Below, in pieces: positions 63,072-64,000 of a stretch of 64,000 bases of DNA; the first letter of the stretch is position 1, and every line of letters begins with the position of its first letter. The stretch is from Trichosphaerium sp. ATCC 40318. Its lineage: Eukaryota; Protista; Tubulinea. Location of the stretch: NCBI GenBank assembly GCA_038496445.1, contig JALMLS010000579.1, positions 434,001-498,000 of the forward strand, given 5' to 3'. The notes under the pieces were generated by a model that was not told the origin of the DNA, did not search any database, and saw only the letters and a list, made by a program, of their open reading frames with translations. A program made the translations under genes and the position numbers.

Positions 63072-63693
63072 CTTTAAAACTTGCCCAAAGTATTTGTTAC
63101 TGTTCAGGTGAAATCTGTAAGGTTGTTTTACACGACCCAAGGTGACGTCAAGCTGAAGTGGAGTGTATAGCTAATACAGTCTTTCAATTTCACCTATGTT
63201 GACCGATGTAATAACTCAAAGTTCAAAAAAGCGTCTCAAACGAGTGTATTTCAAGCGATCTATTCGACCATAAAGCGTTTGGTTCCTTTCATTAGTGGCG
63301 AGAGATTTTGACCACATTCACGCTTACTTCCCTCGAGATGCTCCTTGCGCTGTAGCAATGTATATTCAAAAGTTCATGAGGTTGCATGAGTGCTGGTTCA
63401 CGTGTTTCGATAAGAAAAAGGATGTTTTGCCTAAAATGATCTACGATACAAATTTGACTCAAACGGGCCATCGTAGTAAACTAACGTCTTTCGCGTAAGC
63501 AATAAGTAAATGCTGTCGTACAGGTATTAACATGCGGTTGAGTTTGAATTTCGTTGTTTTTGAAACGTTACAAGTCACGTGGTATCTAAGGTGTTTGACG
63601 TAAAATTATGGTAAGCTAGTTCAGACAAAAAACCAAATTGGATAGTCCAATATTTTCCTTATTCTTTGTAAAGTAATACTAACAAAAGGCGCA

Positions 63694-64000
63694 ATGAAGC
63701 TAATTTCAGCGCTTGTACTAACATTTTGTATCGCTATGGCGCTCGCTGGTATGTTTTACTACAACGAAACGTTTACTGACACATTACAGCACGAAGCACC
63801 GTAGCTCAGCCTTGTCTTAGAGCTGACGGCGATTATTGTCTCACTGTCGAGGCTGATGGGTGCAGCGACTTCTACCTCACCCTTAAAAAGGATCAAAAGG
63901 TAGTAGGGAAGGAACAACACGTCAGGTCCGCAAAATGGAGAATTGCGGGCGTTTACTTAACGGTTGTAGACTCAACACAGGACAGCAACCAGACCAATGC
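63694..64000 (+). CDS. 5' part of a secreted protein, truncated by the window end
   Basis: MKLISALVLTFCIAMALA signal peptide, GTATG...CAG intron, open frame to 64000. Confidence 0.6.

Noticed and set aside
1-64000. Prokaryotic origin of the contig or bacterial contamination
   Set aside because: Bacterial-like genes are interrupted by spliceosomal introns and interspersed with RhoGEF, DENN and F-box genes.
1-64000. tRNA, rRNA or transposase genes
   Set aside because: No cloverleaf, rRNA-like tract or DDE/RT motif recognised by eye; tRNAscan-SE and Infernal would be needed to exclude them.

Overview
AT-rich (roughly 35% GC by eye) eukaryotic nuclear DNA. It is gene-dense, about 25 genes or gene remnants, and most genes are broken by many short (~40-90 nt) spliceosomal introns, which is why the ORF track is fragmentary. 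I rebuilt the gene models by hand from GT/AG boundaries. The repertoire (ARM-RhoGEF-PH gene of Dictyostelium GxcC architecture, THH1/TOM1-like 7TM protein, many F-box proteins) suggests a free-living phagotrophic protist, possibly an amoebozoan (inference). The standard genetic code fits. No rRNA, tRNA, CRISPR or transposase was seen. Main highlights: (1) a spliced gene fusing an AMPK-beta-type glycogen-binding module (CBM48) to a complete T4 Rnl2/REL-family RNA ligase; (2) a DENN-domain gene running in frame into a TRAPPC6/Trs33-like domain, i.e. two Rab-GEF-related modules in one chain; (3) strong window-wide excess of the palindrome CACGTG, largely in introns and intergenic DNA; (4) bacterial-type genes and domains (rhamnulose-phosphate aldolase/SDR, CBM6-M8 protease, M12B-ricin, FG-GAP-like propeller) and intron-poor F-box/MORN, F-box/LRR and BTB genes resembling giant-virus repertoires; (5) an inverted, fold-back-rearranged partial duplicate of an aldo-keto reductase gene next to a perfect 24-bp palindrome. 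All family calls come from motif recognition, not database searches.
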